Part shown: positions 9,881-19,788 of the stretch, one piece after another
Numbering within the stretch: the stretch's first letter is position 1
How the letters are laid out: each line of letters opens with the position of its first letter
NCBI GenBank assembly: GCA_034439575.1
Contig: JAWXAQ010000026.1
Span: forward strand, 1 to 25,145
DNA: 25,145 nt
Source of the DNA: Leptospira sp.
GTDB lineage: Bacteria; Spirochaetota; Leptospiria; Leptospirales; Leptospiraceae
Direction: 5' to 3'
Position numbers and translations under genes: made by a program
The notes under the pieces: model-generated
What the model was told of the DNA's origin: nothing
Seen by the model: the letters and a program-made list of their open reading frames with translations, nothing else
Database searches by the model: none

Positions 9881-10900
9881 TTAGTTACAAGAAGCGTCGC
9901 CAGATGGCTTGTATGCCCAAACGCAACGGATTAGCTCAGCTGTGCTCATGCTATTTCTTACGTTCGAACCAGCTGAAGTAGAACCCCAAATGCCATTGCC
10001 AAGAGACTTTCTAACATCTCTGTCTGAATCATCACGTCCATTGCTATGATCTTCATCACTTTGGTCACCATTATAAAAACCTGATGTTTCTTGTTTCGCA
10101 GAACAGATATTCGTTGTGCTATATGATGCGGAAGGATTGCCCGCACATGCAAGAGAGCTACCATATTGAATCACGCCATCATCTTCACCAGTTAGGCAAG
10201 AACTAGATGCCATCGCTTCGTATCCAGCGATCACGTATGTTGCCGCCTTAGGTCCGTTTGCATAAGTATCAACTGTTTGAGATGCCGAAGTTTGTAAAGA
10301 GGCAGTTCCTGCATCACATGAAGCCACAAAATAAGCTACCGTATTGCAAAACCAGCTAGCTCCACCACAAACCGCATTTGCCGATTCTGCACCTCTATGT
10401 GCTCCTTGAACCGCAGCAACTGTGCTTACTTTCAAACCAATGTTATAAAAATTGGCACCTTTGTAATTATAATAAGGATCAGTTGATCTAGAATTTCCCA
10501 TAATAAAATCCATGACCGCATTTCCCATGCTATGTGGAACGACTACGAAATTGGTTTCTCCAACGCAGTTTTTTCCACCACCGTCATTGCCACCATTGAG
10601 AACAGTATTGATTTTTCCTGCGACTTCTACAGATGCATCCCAATAAGGAACTAGTGAATTCCAGTTAATGACCGCATATTTATTGTTTGCTGATATCGTG
10701 GCTACCATATCCGAAGTAACAGAACCTAGCCAATTTTTATATTTCCAGTAGTCGCGAGCTTGTGTATAAGTTTGATTTGAATCACGATGACCGTGAACGA
10801 AAATAAAGCAGGTTGCTTCTGCTTCGGTTGTAAATACACCCATTGTTAGGGTAGCGAAAAGGATGCTTAAACCCAGATTCTTCATTTTTAAAATTTTCAT
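9881..10900 (-). CDS. Secreted Cys-rich alpha/beta hydrolase (lipase/esterase-like)
   Basis: Strong RBS AGGAGAG and Sec signal ending AEA. Oxyanion motif FVHG, nucleophile elbow VVPHSMG, candidate Asp in EDDGVI, candidate His in EDHS. Ten Cys in the mature chain. Confidence 0.85.
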   Translation of the reverse strand: MKILKMKNLGLSILFATLTMGVFTTEAEATCFIFVHGHRDSNQTYTQARDYWKYKNWLGSVTSDMVATISANNKYAVINWNSLVPYWDASVEVAGKINTVLNGGNDGGGKNCVGETNFVVVPHSMGNAVMDFIMGNSRSTDPYYNYKGANFYNIGLKVSTVAAVQGAHRGAESANAVCGGASWFCNTVAYFVASCDAGTASLQTSASQTVDTYANGPKAATYVIAGYEAMASSSCLTGEDDGVIQYGSSLACAGNPSASYSTTNICSAKQETSGFYNGDQSDEDHSNGRDDSDRDVRKSLGNGIWGSTSAGSNVRNSMSTAELIRCVWAYKPSGDASCN

Positions 10901-10921
10901 ATTTCTCTCCTATTTACGATG

Positions 10922-10972
10922 CAAGGGAAGGTTGGCACTTTGACATATTTATGCCAATTGAGTGAACCCTTG
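10922..10972 (-). promoter_or_regulatory. Nested inverted repeat in the hydrolase leader
   Basis: CAAGGG (10922-10927)/CCCTTG (10967-10972) enclosing TTGGCA (10932-10937)/TGCCAA (10952-10957), ending 10 nt before the RBS. Confidence 0.4.
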
Positions 10973-11141
10973 ACCACCTTTTCGCAATATAAGTCAAATA
11001 TGAGGCAATTATTGTTTTGAACGCAAGCTTTTTTTTGAATCTGGTTCACGGAATAGTATTTTTTTTCGGGTTCTCCCTCAAATTCTCCAAATTTTGATTC
11101 TGGTTGCCAATTTTGGGTTTAGAAAGATAGAATACGGATCA

Positions 11142-11918
11142 ATGAAACAGACTTTTCCACTCTCACTCTTCGCCATTTTATTATGGATACAAAGTTTTTT
11201 GATCCTAAGCTATCTCGGCTATGTTCATACCTCTGTGGAAAACGTCCCGGACTTCGTTTATTTGTTATTTTTACCGATCTTACAAATGATTTTCGGGATT
11301 TGGGCATGGAAAGGAAGTGCAAGCCCTGTTTTTTCCAAAGTCTTTTGTATCATTCGCATTCCATTTTTAATTTATGTATCAGGGCAATACATAGTTTCCC
11401 TCTATCCTTCCTCGATCATTCACTTTAGTTTGCGGAGTATTTTGATTTTCGCAAGTATCATAGAAATTACGATATTCATTTTAACCTTAACAAACATTAG
11501 AAAAACTTGGTGGAAAGAAACCAATGTGTTTCCTCCTAAAAAAAGAATTTGGACTTTTGAAGAAAAGAACCGTCTGTTATTTGGAACTTATATTATTTCG
11601 CTCGGATTATTTTTGTTAGTTTGTCCAAATTGTTTATTAACTTATTTATTTATGCCAGAAGTTTATCAAATTCAGATCACAAACATTGTCGCGATGCAAT
11701 TGGTCATACTTGGAATTTATAATCTAATCGCAAGTTTTCATGGTATCAAAGCTTTGATTGATGCAGGCATTCATGGTGGTATTTTTACAAGTATCGTTTT
11801 TGTTATCCTCGTGTCTTTCGGATACCTTCATCCCATTACACTTCTGATACCTATGATTGATATTATGAGCATACTATTTACTATCATTAAAAGATTCAAA
11901 AATAATGAATCGATTTAG
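11142..11918 (+). CDS. Hypothetical polytopic membrane protein
   Basis: About 8 hydrophobic segments. ATG 11142 preferred to TTG 11094. Confidence 0.75.
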   Translation: MKQTFPLSLFAILLWIQSFLILSYLGYVHTSVENVPDFVYLLFLPILQMIFGIWAWKGSASPVFSKVFCIIRIPFLIYVSGQYIVSLYPSSIIHFSLRSILIFASIIEITIFILTLTNIRKTWWKETNVFPPKKRIWTFEEKNRLLFGTYIISLGLFLLVCPNCLLTYLFMPEVYQIQITNIVAMQLVILGIYNLIASFHGIKALIDAGIHGGIFTSIVFVILVSFGYLHPITLLIPMIDIMSILFTIIKRFKNNESI

Positions 11919-12021
11919 AAATATATCTAATAATAGATGAGTAACGCCAAATTTAGATTTACTATATTGATAATAAATTTATGCAATTGAATCACTTAAT
12001 TAAACTTCAATCACGCTAGAT

Positions 12022-12684
12022 TTAATTTGTATCCTTACATAATATCCCGGAAGTGACAATGTTTAAAATTTTTTTAGCTTCCAATTCATCGTCTAACATA
12101 GAATGGGGAGCTAATACAAATCTAAAAATAAGATAAGAAAGATGAATGCCAAAGGATGTGCGCACATAATTGGGAACATCAATATCGTTTCGGATTTCTC
12201 CTATTTTTTGAAAGTGTTCAACAGCCATAATAGCAGGAAGGTACAATTTTTCTTTCCATACCTTTCCAAAAAAAGTACCAAATTCTTTGTTTTGTAAAAG
12301 AGCCGAAACAAGGATGCGAATCTTATGAGGATTTTCTTTGGCAACTTTGACGCGATCATGAAAAATATACAAAAACCAATCCGAAAATTTTGCCTCCCGA
12401 GCCTCTAACATAGTTTTTAATTGAATCATCTGAGTTTGGAAGGCAAAATCATAAACAATTCCAGAAAGAATTCTCAAATACAATTCGTTCTTAGAAGCAA
12501 AATATCTAAATAATGTCCGTTCGGTGACACCTGCTTTCTGTGCGAGTTCTTTTGTAGTGGTTAAATCAAATCCCTTTTCACCAAATACTTTTTCCGCCGC
12601 TCGCAAGATATCCCTCTCTTTCTCGGAACTAGGGTTTGCGAATTTTTGGTATTCTTTTTCTAGAAATTTTTCGGTAAATCGCAT
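12022..12684 (-). CDS. TetR/AcrR family transcriptional regulator
   Basis: N-terminal HTH ILRAAEKVFGEKGFDLTTTKELAQKAGVTERTLFRYFASKNEL. Confidence 0.95.
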   Translation of the reverse strand: MRFTEKFLEKEYQKFANPSSEKERDILRAAEKVFGEKGFDLTTTKELAQKAGVTERTLFRYFASKNELYLRILSGIVYDFAFQTQMIQLKTMLEAREAKFSDWFLYIFHDRVKVAKENPHKIRILVSALLQNKEFGTFFGKVWKEKLYLPAIMAVEHFQKIGEIRNDIDVPNYVRTSFGIHLSYLIFRFVLAPHSMLDDELEAKKILNIVTSGILCKDTN

Positions 12685-12761
12685 ATTTGTAAAATCATTT
12701 CATCCAAAGTTCTTTCGAAAGCAAGCGAAATGATAAAAAAAATGGTTCAGAATGAAAAAAA

Positions 12762-12818
12762 GTATAGTGCTTACTTTACCTCCAAATTTCCTTGGTATAG
12801 TGAACGCTATACCAAGGA
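12762..12818. promoter_or_regulatory. Two TetR-type operator palindromes
   Basis: Perfect 12-bp arms TCCTTGGTATAG (12789-12800)/CTATACCAAGGA (12807-12818), with core GTATAGTG-AA-CGCTATAC (12795-12812). A second imperfect copy GTATAGTG-CT-TACTTTAC lies at 12762-12779, 33 bp earlier. Both sit between the divergent TetR and hydrolase genes. Confidence 0.75.
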
Positions 12819-12828
12819 TAGAAACAAA

Positions 12829-13488
12829 ATGAAATCTGTGAACACCAAATTACGCACCATTCTTCCCATTGTTTGGAATAAAAAACCCGTCTCATCCGCC
12901 GAATCGGGAATGGAAATTCTAAATGATGGACGCATATCCTATTGGATCAAACACCAACACTTAACAAATATTACTCCTAAAATGTTAGCATGGTGGTTTC
13001 AGAATTTAGAGGGTGATATCGAACACCAGGGCCAAATTTTCAATAGATACCATGTGTGGCATCCTGAAGACCATGTTCATAATTCTTATGTCAAAAGGCG
13101 AAATGACGGATCAGTGGGACCGGGTGCGATTATCCGAATTGTAGAATATTTTGGAAGAAATCTCAAATACCAAGTCAATGTCGAAACAGATATTGAAAAA
13201 TTGGATGAAACTGGATTTATCCATAACCCACGTTATTTGGGAATTTTACCAATTGCTCGAATGGAGTATGTTTTCGAAGCGAAAGGGAATGGCACACAGT
13301 ACAACAACCGTCTTATTATTGGTTGGAGACACTGGTCTTGGAAAATTTTTCGCCCTCTCATTGTAAAATTCTTTTTTGATTCAAAACATGGGGAAGCTTG
13401 GATCAAACATAATATTGAAGAAGTGGGACAATTTGAAGATTTTTTGCCTGCATTGTATTTTAAGGAAAATAAAAACACATCGAAATAA
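12829..13488 (+). CDS. DAPG hydrolase (PhlG/PhiG-like) family protein
   Basis: Motifs TPKMLAWWF, YHVWHPEDH, VEYFG and HNIEE...FLPALY, typical of PhlG-like Bet v1-fold Zn hydrolases. ATG 12829 has AAGGA upstream and is preferred to 12730. Confidence 0.8.
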   Translation: MKSVNTKLRTILPIVWNKKPVSSAESGMEILNDGRISYWIKHQHLTNITPKMLAWWFQNLEGDIEHQGQIFNRYHVWHPEDHVHNSYVKRRNDGSVGPGAIIRIVEYFGRNLKYQVNVETDIEKLDETGFIHNPRYLGILPIARMEYVFEAKGNGTQYNNRLIIGWRHWSWKIFRPLIVKFFFDSKHGEAWIKHNIEEVGQFEDFLPALYFKENKNTSK

Positions 13489-13510
13489 TCGATAACGAAT
13501 GTATGCAGAT

Positions 13511-14338
13511 TTAGGGATTGGGATTTATGAATGTATCGATCGATTCTTCTGTCTTTTTCACTACCTGAAAATCAATGGATTCAGGATAAAAAGAACCAGA
13601 ATAACCCATTCGAATCTTATACAAACCAGTGCCATACGATTCTTTGGGAACAAAAGATAGGGTAAAACGATTTTCTTCCATCCGGATAGGATCGACCTTT
13701 GCCACTCCTGTATAAAAGGATCCATTCGGCATTTTGTAATGGGCACTACGATTTTTAAGTTCTATAAAAATTGTTAGTTTGTCTCGCGGCTTAGTCCCTA
13801 GGTATTGAAATTCTAAATCCAGTTTTTCATCAAAAGAATAAGCGCCCTTTTTCTTTGAAGTCAGTTCTGATGTAAGGGTGCCAAAATTTTGAGTGCCATA
13901 GAACCTTCCTTTTGATTCAACTATCCCAACTCCCAAATGAGAATAGGCTCCTGACAAAATATTTTTTCTATGCCCAGGGGATTTCATCCAAGCAGTCATT
14001 AAATTTGTGGCGACTGCCTCTTCCGTTTTACCAAAGTTATATGCTATGTTTTCTCCCACACCACCAAGTACATCCGGGTGGTATTTTTGCATACGACCTC
14101 CAGGACCTAATCCTTCATTGTCTTTATGCGAAAAAAAATTAAATTTGATCATATTTGCAGAGTGAATCCTGGCAATACTTTCAAGAGAGGAATTTGGAAG
14201 ATAAGCAGGTAATGACCGACTGGTTCTTTCCTTATTTGTTTGATCAAAGATTAATTTTTCAATGCGTGCCAGATCTAAAGCTGAAACTGCACTAACGAAT
14301 ATTAAATTAGAAATTAGTAATAAACTAAATTTTTTCAT
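13511..14338 (-). CDS. Secreted CAP (SCP/PR-1) domain protein with C-terminal extension
   Basis: Signal peptide; TNKER...ARIHSANM..FFSH, GENIA, WMKSPGHRKNIL, HLGVG..TQNF. Confidence 0.92.
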   Translation of the reverse strand: MKKFSLLLISNLIFVSAVSALDLARIEKLIFDQTNKERTSRSLPAYLPNSSLESIARIHSANMIKFNFFSHKDNEGLGPGGRMQKYHPDVLGGVGENIAYNFGKTEEAVATNLMTAWMKSPGHRKNILSGAYSHLGVGIVESKGRFYGTQNFGTLTSELTSKKKGAYSFDEKLDLEFQYLGTKPRDKLTIFIELKNRSAHYKMPNGSFYTGVAKVDPIRMEENRFTLSFVPKESYGTGLYKIRMGYSGSFYPESIDFQVVKKTEESIDTFINPNP

Positions 14339-14347
14339 AAATATATT

Positions 14348-14911
14348 TCAAAACACCCATTCTGATTTTATACTCAATTCTTTGAGTATAAAACTTTCTA
14401 AAATTTCGCCGTCTCTTTTTTTCCACTCGGTATGATTTGAATTGAACCAAACACTCATTTGCGATATTTTTGGCTCAAGTATCCAATATTCTTTCACACC
14501 ATTCATTAGATAACGATCTGCCTTTGTCCCCAAGTCACGTTTGCGAGTAAATTCACTTAACACTTCACAAACGAGATCAGGAACTCCATGAATGTGGCCT
14601 TTGACAATAGAAAGATTTTGATTTAATATAAGAGTGATATCAGGACGGATTACATCCCCCGCATCAGGAAGAAAAACGTCCACCTTTGTGACCACTTTAC
14701 CGATTTTGTGATTACTTAAATAATTTCCCAGAATGCGAATCAATTTTGATTGGCAAAGTCCATGATCAAAGTTGCCACTTGGGCTCACAACTAACACTCC
14801 ATCAACCATATCGTATTTAAATCCGTCATCAGGGAGGCTTAAATACTCTTCCCTTGTGACTTTCCACCCGCTGTATTTGGGAGTCTCTTTTGTGAGAAGT
14901 AAATCAGACAT
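14348..14911 (-). CDS. Uma2 (DUF820) family PD-(D/E)xK-like endonuclease
   Basis: YDMVDGVLVVSPS...H, IRPDI, VPDLVCEVLS, D...K...Y...GVKEYWI. Confidence 0.92.
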   Translation of the reverse strand: MSDLLLTKETPKYSGWKVTREEYLSLPDDGFKYDMVDGVLVVSPSGNFDHGLCQSKLIRILGNYLSNHKIGKVVTKVDVFLPDAGDVIRPDITLILNQNLSIVKGHIHGVPDLVCEVLSEFTRKRDLGTKADRYLMNGVKEYWILEPKISQMSVWFNSNHTEWKKRDGEILESFILKELSIKSEWVF

Positions 14912-14986
14912 GGTCTTAGTTTAAACTATATGTGTAAGGTTTGTCAAATCGTAAGTGGTCCTTAAAAATAATCCCGCTTATTCGAT

Positions 14987-15100
14987 GCGCCCTTGATCCG
15001 CAGGGCGAAGGTCCGAACATTTGCAAAGCAAATGGAAGGACGGAAGCGTAAGCGGACCCCAAAGGAGCAAGAAATGGCGCCCTAATTCCTTCTTGTTTCC
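14987..15100. repeat. GC-rich structured intergenic element (REP/MITE-like repeat or ilvC leader)
   Basis: Bracketed by the 7-bp direct repeat GCGCCCT (14987-14993, 15077-15083). Nested stems TCCGC/GCGGA, GTCC/GGAC and CATTTGC/GCAAATG, an alternative stem CGCCCT/AGGGCG, and a distal stem GGAGCAAGAA/TTCTTGTTTCC. Confidence 0.55.
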
Positions 15101-15148
15101 CCTGCCCTTTGCAAAAAAAATGGACAAATCAGTTAAATCATCCACTAG

Positions 15149-16165
<1,017 letters not shown>

Positions 16166-16196
16166 TAGTTAGAAGCCAAGAAAAGGAACAAAAAAA

Positions 16197-17516
16197 ATGA
16201 AAGTAACACAAAAGATCGTTCTCTCAAGCCCAGCAAGAACTCCGTTTGCACAAATCGGTAAAGCCTTAGCTGGATACGCAGGCCACCACTTAGGTAAACT
16301 AGTAGGTGATGAAGTGATGAAACGCAGTGGTTTAAAACCAACTGATATAGACGGAGTTATTGTAGGAGAAGGATTTGCTAATGCACCTAACTCTGCTCGT
16401 GTGATCGCAAACCTTATGGGTCTACCACTTGACATCCCTTGCCTTACAGTTGCTAACAACTGTGTGTCGGGACTAGAAGCAGTGGCAGAAGCGACTCGTC
16501 GCATTATGCTTGGTGAAGGAAAAGTTTTCCTTGTGATCGGTGAAGAATCACAAACATCAATGCCTTTCGTTGTTAAAAACGCACGTCTCAATAAAAAAAC
16601 AAATAGTTTAGAAGCACTTTTAAAAGTTCTCCCGAACGAACTACCAGAAGGTGTGGAAGTTCGTGATACTTTGGAAGATGGACTTGGTGATGGGGAAACA
16701 AGTTACGGGATGCAAGTGACAGCTGAAATCCTTGCACAAAACTATGCGATCCCTCGTGAAACACAGGACAAAGTAGCTTACGAATCTTTCAAAAGAGCGT
16801 TTGAAGCGACTGGCGAAGGTCGTTACAAACCGTACATTATGCCTGTGAAAGACGATGAGGGCAATATGTTAGAAGCTGACGAAGCAGTTCTGTTACGCGA
16901 AGGACTTGTAAAAAATCCTACTCGTATGGGCCGTGCTATGTTAATGTTTGATAACCCTGGAATCAAATTTGATGCTTGGAAAGCTAAGTATGGTAAAGAT
17001 TTGAAAAAATCACATGGCCCTACTGTTTCTATTTTTAATGCAAGCCCTCGTTCTGATGGAGCGGCTGGTATCATCGTAGCTTCGGAAGAAGCGGCGAAAA
17101 AACTGGGTCTCAAAGCAGAAGCTTATGTGACAGGTTTCAAAATGAAAGGCGTTGATCCAAACCTTATGGGCCTTGGACAAGCTGAAGCCACTCTTGGACT
17201 CCTCGAAGAAGTAGGCGATAAAATCGAAAATATGGATGTGATCGAAATTCACGAAGCCTTTGCCGCAACTGCTGTTGCCGCTTTGGAAGAAATTAAAATC
17301 AGAACTGGTTTTGATTGGGAAAAGAATTTTGATGCTAAAAAAATCAATCCGAATGGTGGATCAATCGCCATAGGACACCCCTTTGGTGCGACAGGCGTAA
17401 GACTTCTTCACAATGCGATTATGGATTTCCATGAAAACAAAGATGCTAAGAAAGTTTTAGTAACAGCTTGTGCACATGGTGGAATCGCAGGATCGATGAT
17501 CGTAGAAAGAGCATAA
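16197..17516 (+). CDS. Thiolase (acetyl-CoA C-acyltransferase)
   Basis: ARTPF, catalytic Cys in NNCVSG, NASPRSDGAA, EIHEAFA, GHPFGATG, CAHGG. Confidence 0.95.
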   Translation: MKVTQKIVLSSPARTPFAQIGKALAGYAGHHLGKLVGDEVMKRSGLKPTDIDGVIVGEGFANAPNSARVIANLMGLPLDIPCLTVANNCVSGLEAVAEATRRIMLGEGKVFLVIGEESQTSMPFVVKNARLNKKTNSLEALLKVLPNELPEGVEVRDTLEDGLGDGETSYGMQVTAEILAQNYAIPRETQDKVAYESFKRAFEATGEGRYKPYIMPVKDDEGNMLEADEAVLLREGLVKNPTRMGRAMLMFDNPGIKFDAWKAKYGKDLKKSHGPTVSIFNASPRSDGAAGIIVASEEAAKKLGLKAEAYVTGFKMKGVDPNLMGLGQAEATLGLLEEVGDKIENMDVIEIHEAFAATAVAALEEIKIRTGFDWEKNFDAKKINPNGGSIAIGHPFGATGVRLLHNAIMDFHENKDAKKVLVTACAHGGIAGSMIVERA

Positions 17517-17577
17517 AAGTTTCTTTTAGGAGATGTGTCGCCTCGCACACGTAAAGCGACACACTACTTAAAACGAC

Positions 17578-17608
17578 AACCCGAGGGATTTATCCTTCGG
17601 GTTTTTTT
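17578..17608 (+). terminator. Rho-independent terminator of ilvC-thiolase
   Basis: Stem AACCCGAGGGA/TCCTTCGGGTT (one G-U pair) with a T7 tract. Preceded by another 8-bp stem TGTGTCGC (17534-17541)/GCGACACA (17556-17563). Confidence 0.88.
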
Positions 17609-17639
17609 ATGTGAAAATCAATTATTTGTTTTGGATGAA

Positions 17640-18227
17640 TTATTGTTTATAATGGTTAGCTTTTATATTTAGGGAAGCAAGCTTCACAGTCTCTTCTATT
17701 CTTTTCTTTCGAGTCTCTTCTCTTTTCGCATTCATTATCCATTCTAAAATTCCACGCTTAGATGAACGTGAAAAGTTTTCCCAATTTTTATAGGCAGTTT
17801 TATTTTTTAAGAATAAATCATTTAGTTCATTTGGAATTGTTAGATTTTCGACTCCATCTAAGGCATCCCATGTCCCACTTTGTTTTGCCAATTCTATCAT
17901 CTCATAACCTGAACTATGCATTAAACCTTTTTCAATGAGTCTAGAAACTTTTTCTTTGTTTACTTTACTCCAATTGCTTTTTGGATTTCTTTTAGAAAAA
18001 AACTGATAATAACTTTCCTCATCACGTTTGTTAGGTTTGCTATCGATCCATCCGAAACATAATGCCTCATCAACAGCTTCTGGATAATATACGCTAGGAA
18101 TTTTGCTATTTTTTTTGTAAATGATTAACCAAACAGACTTTTCAGATTTGTGATTCTTTTTTAACCATTTACGCCAAGCTTCTCTCGTCTCGGCATAAAA
18201 GGTTGGTATTCCATTGTATATTTCCAT
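17640..18227 (-). CDS. YdeI/OmpD-associated (OmdA) family protein
   Basis: WRKWL..NH, EAVDEALCFGWIDS, SNWSKVNK, AKREETRKKRI. ATG 18227 is the likely start (track gives TTG 18251). Confidence 0.92.
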   Translation of the reverse strand: MEIYNGIPTFYAETREAWRKWLKKNHKSEKSVWLIIYKKNSKIPSVYYPEAVDEALCFGWIDSKPNKRDEESYYQFFSKRNPKSNWSKVNKEKVSRLIEKGLMHSSGYEMIELAKQSGTWDALDGVENLTIPNELNDLFLKNKTAYKNWENFSRSSKRGILEWIMNAKREETRKKRIEETVKLASLNIKANHYKQ

Positions 18228-18335
18228 AATCAGTTCGATGTGGGTAATCAATTATATTATTCTATATTCAGATACCCATTTGGATTCTAATAATTTAATA
18301 TCCGATTGATATTAAGTTACGTTACTATTTATGCT

Positions 18336-18983
18336 CTATTTTTTTTTAACAATTATGTGAGTTGCATTTGGAGAGGATACATATGACTCCACAATGTAAC
18401 CTAATTCACTAAAATTCATATCTGTAAATAAATTCTCACCTGATCCGAGTAATACGGGAGATTGAGCTATGTGCAATTCGTCGATCATGCCTTTTTTTAG
18501 ATATTGTTTGATTGTTGCCGTGCCCCCACCTAACCGAACATCTTTTCCATTTGCTGCTTTCCGAGCCTTGTCCCATGCGCTTTCAATCCCATCGGTTATA
18601 AAATGAAAGACTGTCCCACCTTCCATAACGATAGACTCACGAGGATGATGAGTCAAAACGAAAACAGGAGTGTGGTAAGGAGGGTTTGGACCCCACCAAC
18701 CCTTCCATTCATCATTAGTCCAGGGCCCACGAATAGGGCCAAACATATGTCGTCCTAGAATCCAAGCACCAATGTTTTCAAAGCCTTTCTCTGCAAAATC
18801 ATTATCAATCCCTTCCTCTCCACCAGTCCCGTCACCATGCATGGCGCGAAAAGACTTTGTATCAAAGACCCATCGATGTAAATCCATACCACCAATGCCC
18901 ATAGGTTGTTCCAGGCTTTGGCTCGGGCCTGCGCCGAATCCATCAAGAGAGATCGAAAAACATTTTACTACGAGCTTTGACAT
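18336..18983 (-). CDS. Dihydrofolate reductase-like (RibD C-terminal domain) protein
   Basis: SISLDGF, GAWILGR.MF, PPYHTPVFVLTH, VRLGGG, DELHIA..PVLLGSG. Confidence 0.92.
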   Translation of the reverse strand: MSKLVVKCFSISLDGFGAGPSQSLEQPMGIGGMDLHRWVFDTKSFRAMHGDGTGGEEGIDNDFAEKGFENIGAWILGRHMFGPIRGPWTNDEWKGWWGPNPPYHTPVFVLTHHPRESIVMEGGTVFHFITDGIESAWDKARKAANGKDVRLGGGTATIKQYLKKGMIDELHIAQSPVLLGSGENLFTDMNFSELGYIVESYVSSPNATHIIVKKK

Positions 18984-19230
18984 AAATTGTATTTTATAAA
19001 TTTCATATTGATTGAGGCAAGTATGAATTTTGTTGTTTGGAGTATTGGAAAACTAATATTAAATATTGTCAAAAAATGAACCACAAGGAACAAAATTTAA
19101 ATCCAAATTGCACAAAGCTTGTAAAAAAACGATTTGAAAATTTAATATGATTCTTTGAAATCTAATAGTAAACTATGATTGTACTTAATTAAGTAAACTT
19201 TCCTTATCATCTAAGTCATATAATATAACA

Positions 19231-19767
19231 ATGAAAATTCTAGCAATCTCTGGTTCTATCGGAACTAAATCTAGTAACCAACTGATCCTTCAAAATCTTT
19301 TGCGCCTAACACCAAATGATATCACCTTTGAGATTTTTAACAGCATAGACAAATTTCCTTTTTTTGACCCGGCATTAGATTCTGAAGGATCTGTCCCTCC
19401 AATCTATGTTAAAGAACTTCGAGATAAAATAATCGTATCGGATGCTGTAATGATTGCAACGCCAGAGTATGCACACGGAATTCCAGGAGTTCTAAAAAAC
19501 GCATTGGATTGGTTAGTGAGTACACCATGCCTAGTTAATAAATCAGTAGGTTTGATTTTCGGCTCGAGTTCTGAAAGTGTTTATGCCGAATCTTCCCTGA
19601 AAGAAATTTTAAAGACAATGTCTGCCAATATACTAGAAAAAGCAGTATTGAAAATTTCCGGCATCAAAGGCAAATTTGATGCCAACGGGAAAATAAATAA
19701 TACAGATTTAGAAAATCAACTTCTTGTTATACTGGAAGCATTAAAGAATCAAGAAATTTCAAAATAA
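19231..19767 (+). CDS. NADPH-dependent FMN reductase
   Basis: ILAISGS...SSN, IATPEYAHGIPGVLKNALDW. Confidence 0.93.
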   Translation: MKILAISGSIGTKSSNQLILQNLLRLTPNDITFEIFNSIDKFPFFDPALDSEGSVPPIYVKELRDKIIVSDAVMIATPEYAHGIPGVLKNALDWLVSTPCLVNKSVGLIFGSSSESVYAESSLKEILKTMSANILEKAVLKISGIKGKFDANGKINNTDLENQLLVILEALKNQEISK

Positions 19768-19788
19768 CATGCGTATATTCGATTTTAC

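Noticed and set aside
10931-10958. Sigma54 promoter suggested by TGGCA motifs
   Set aside because: No GC at the -12 position on either strand.
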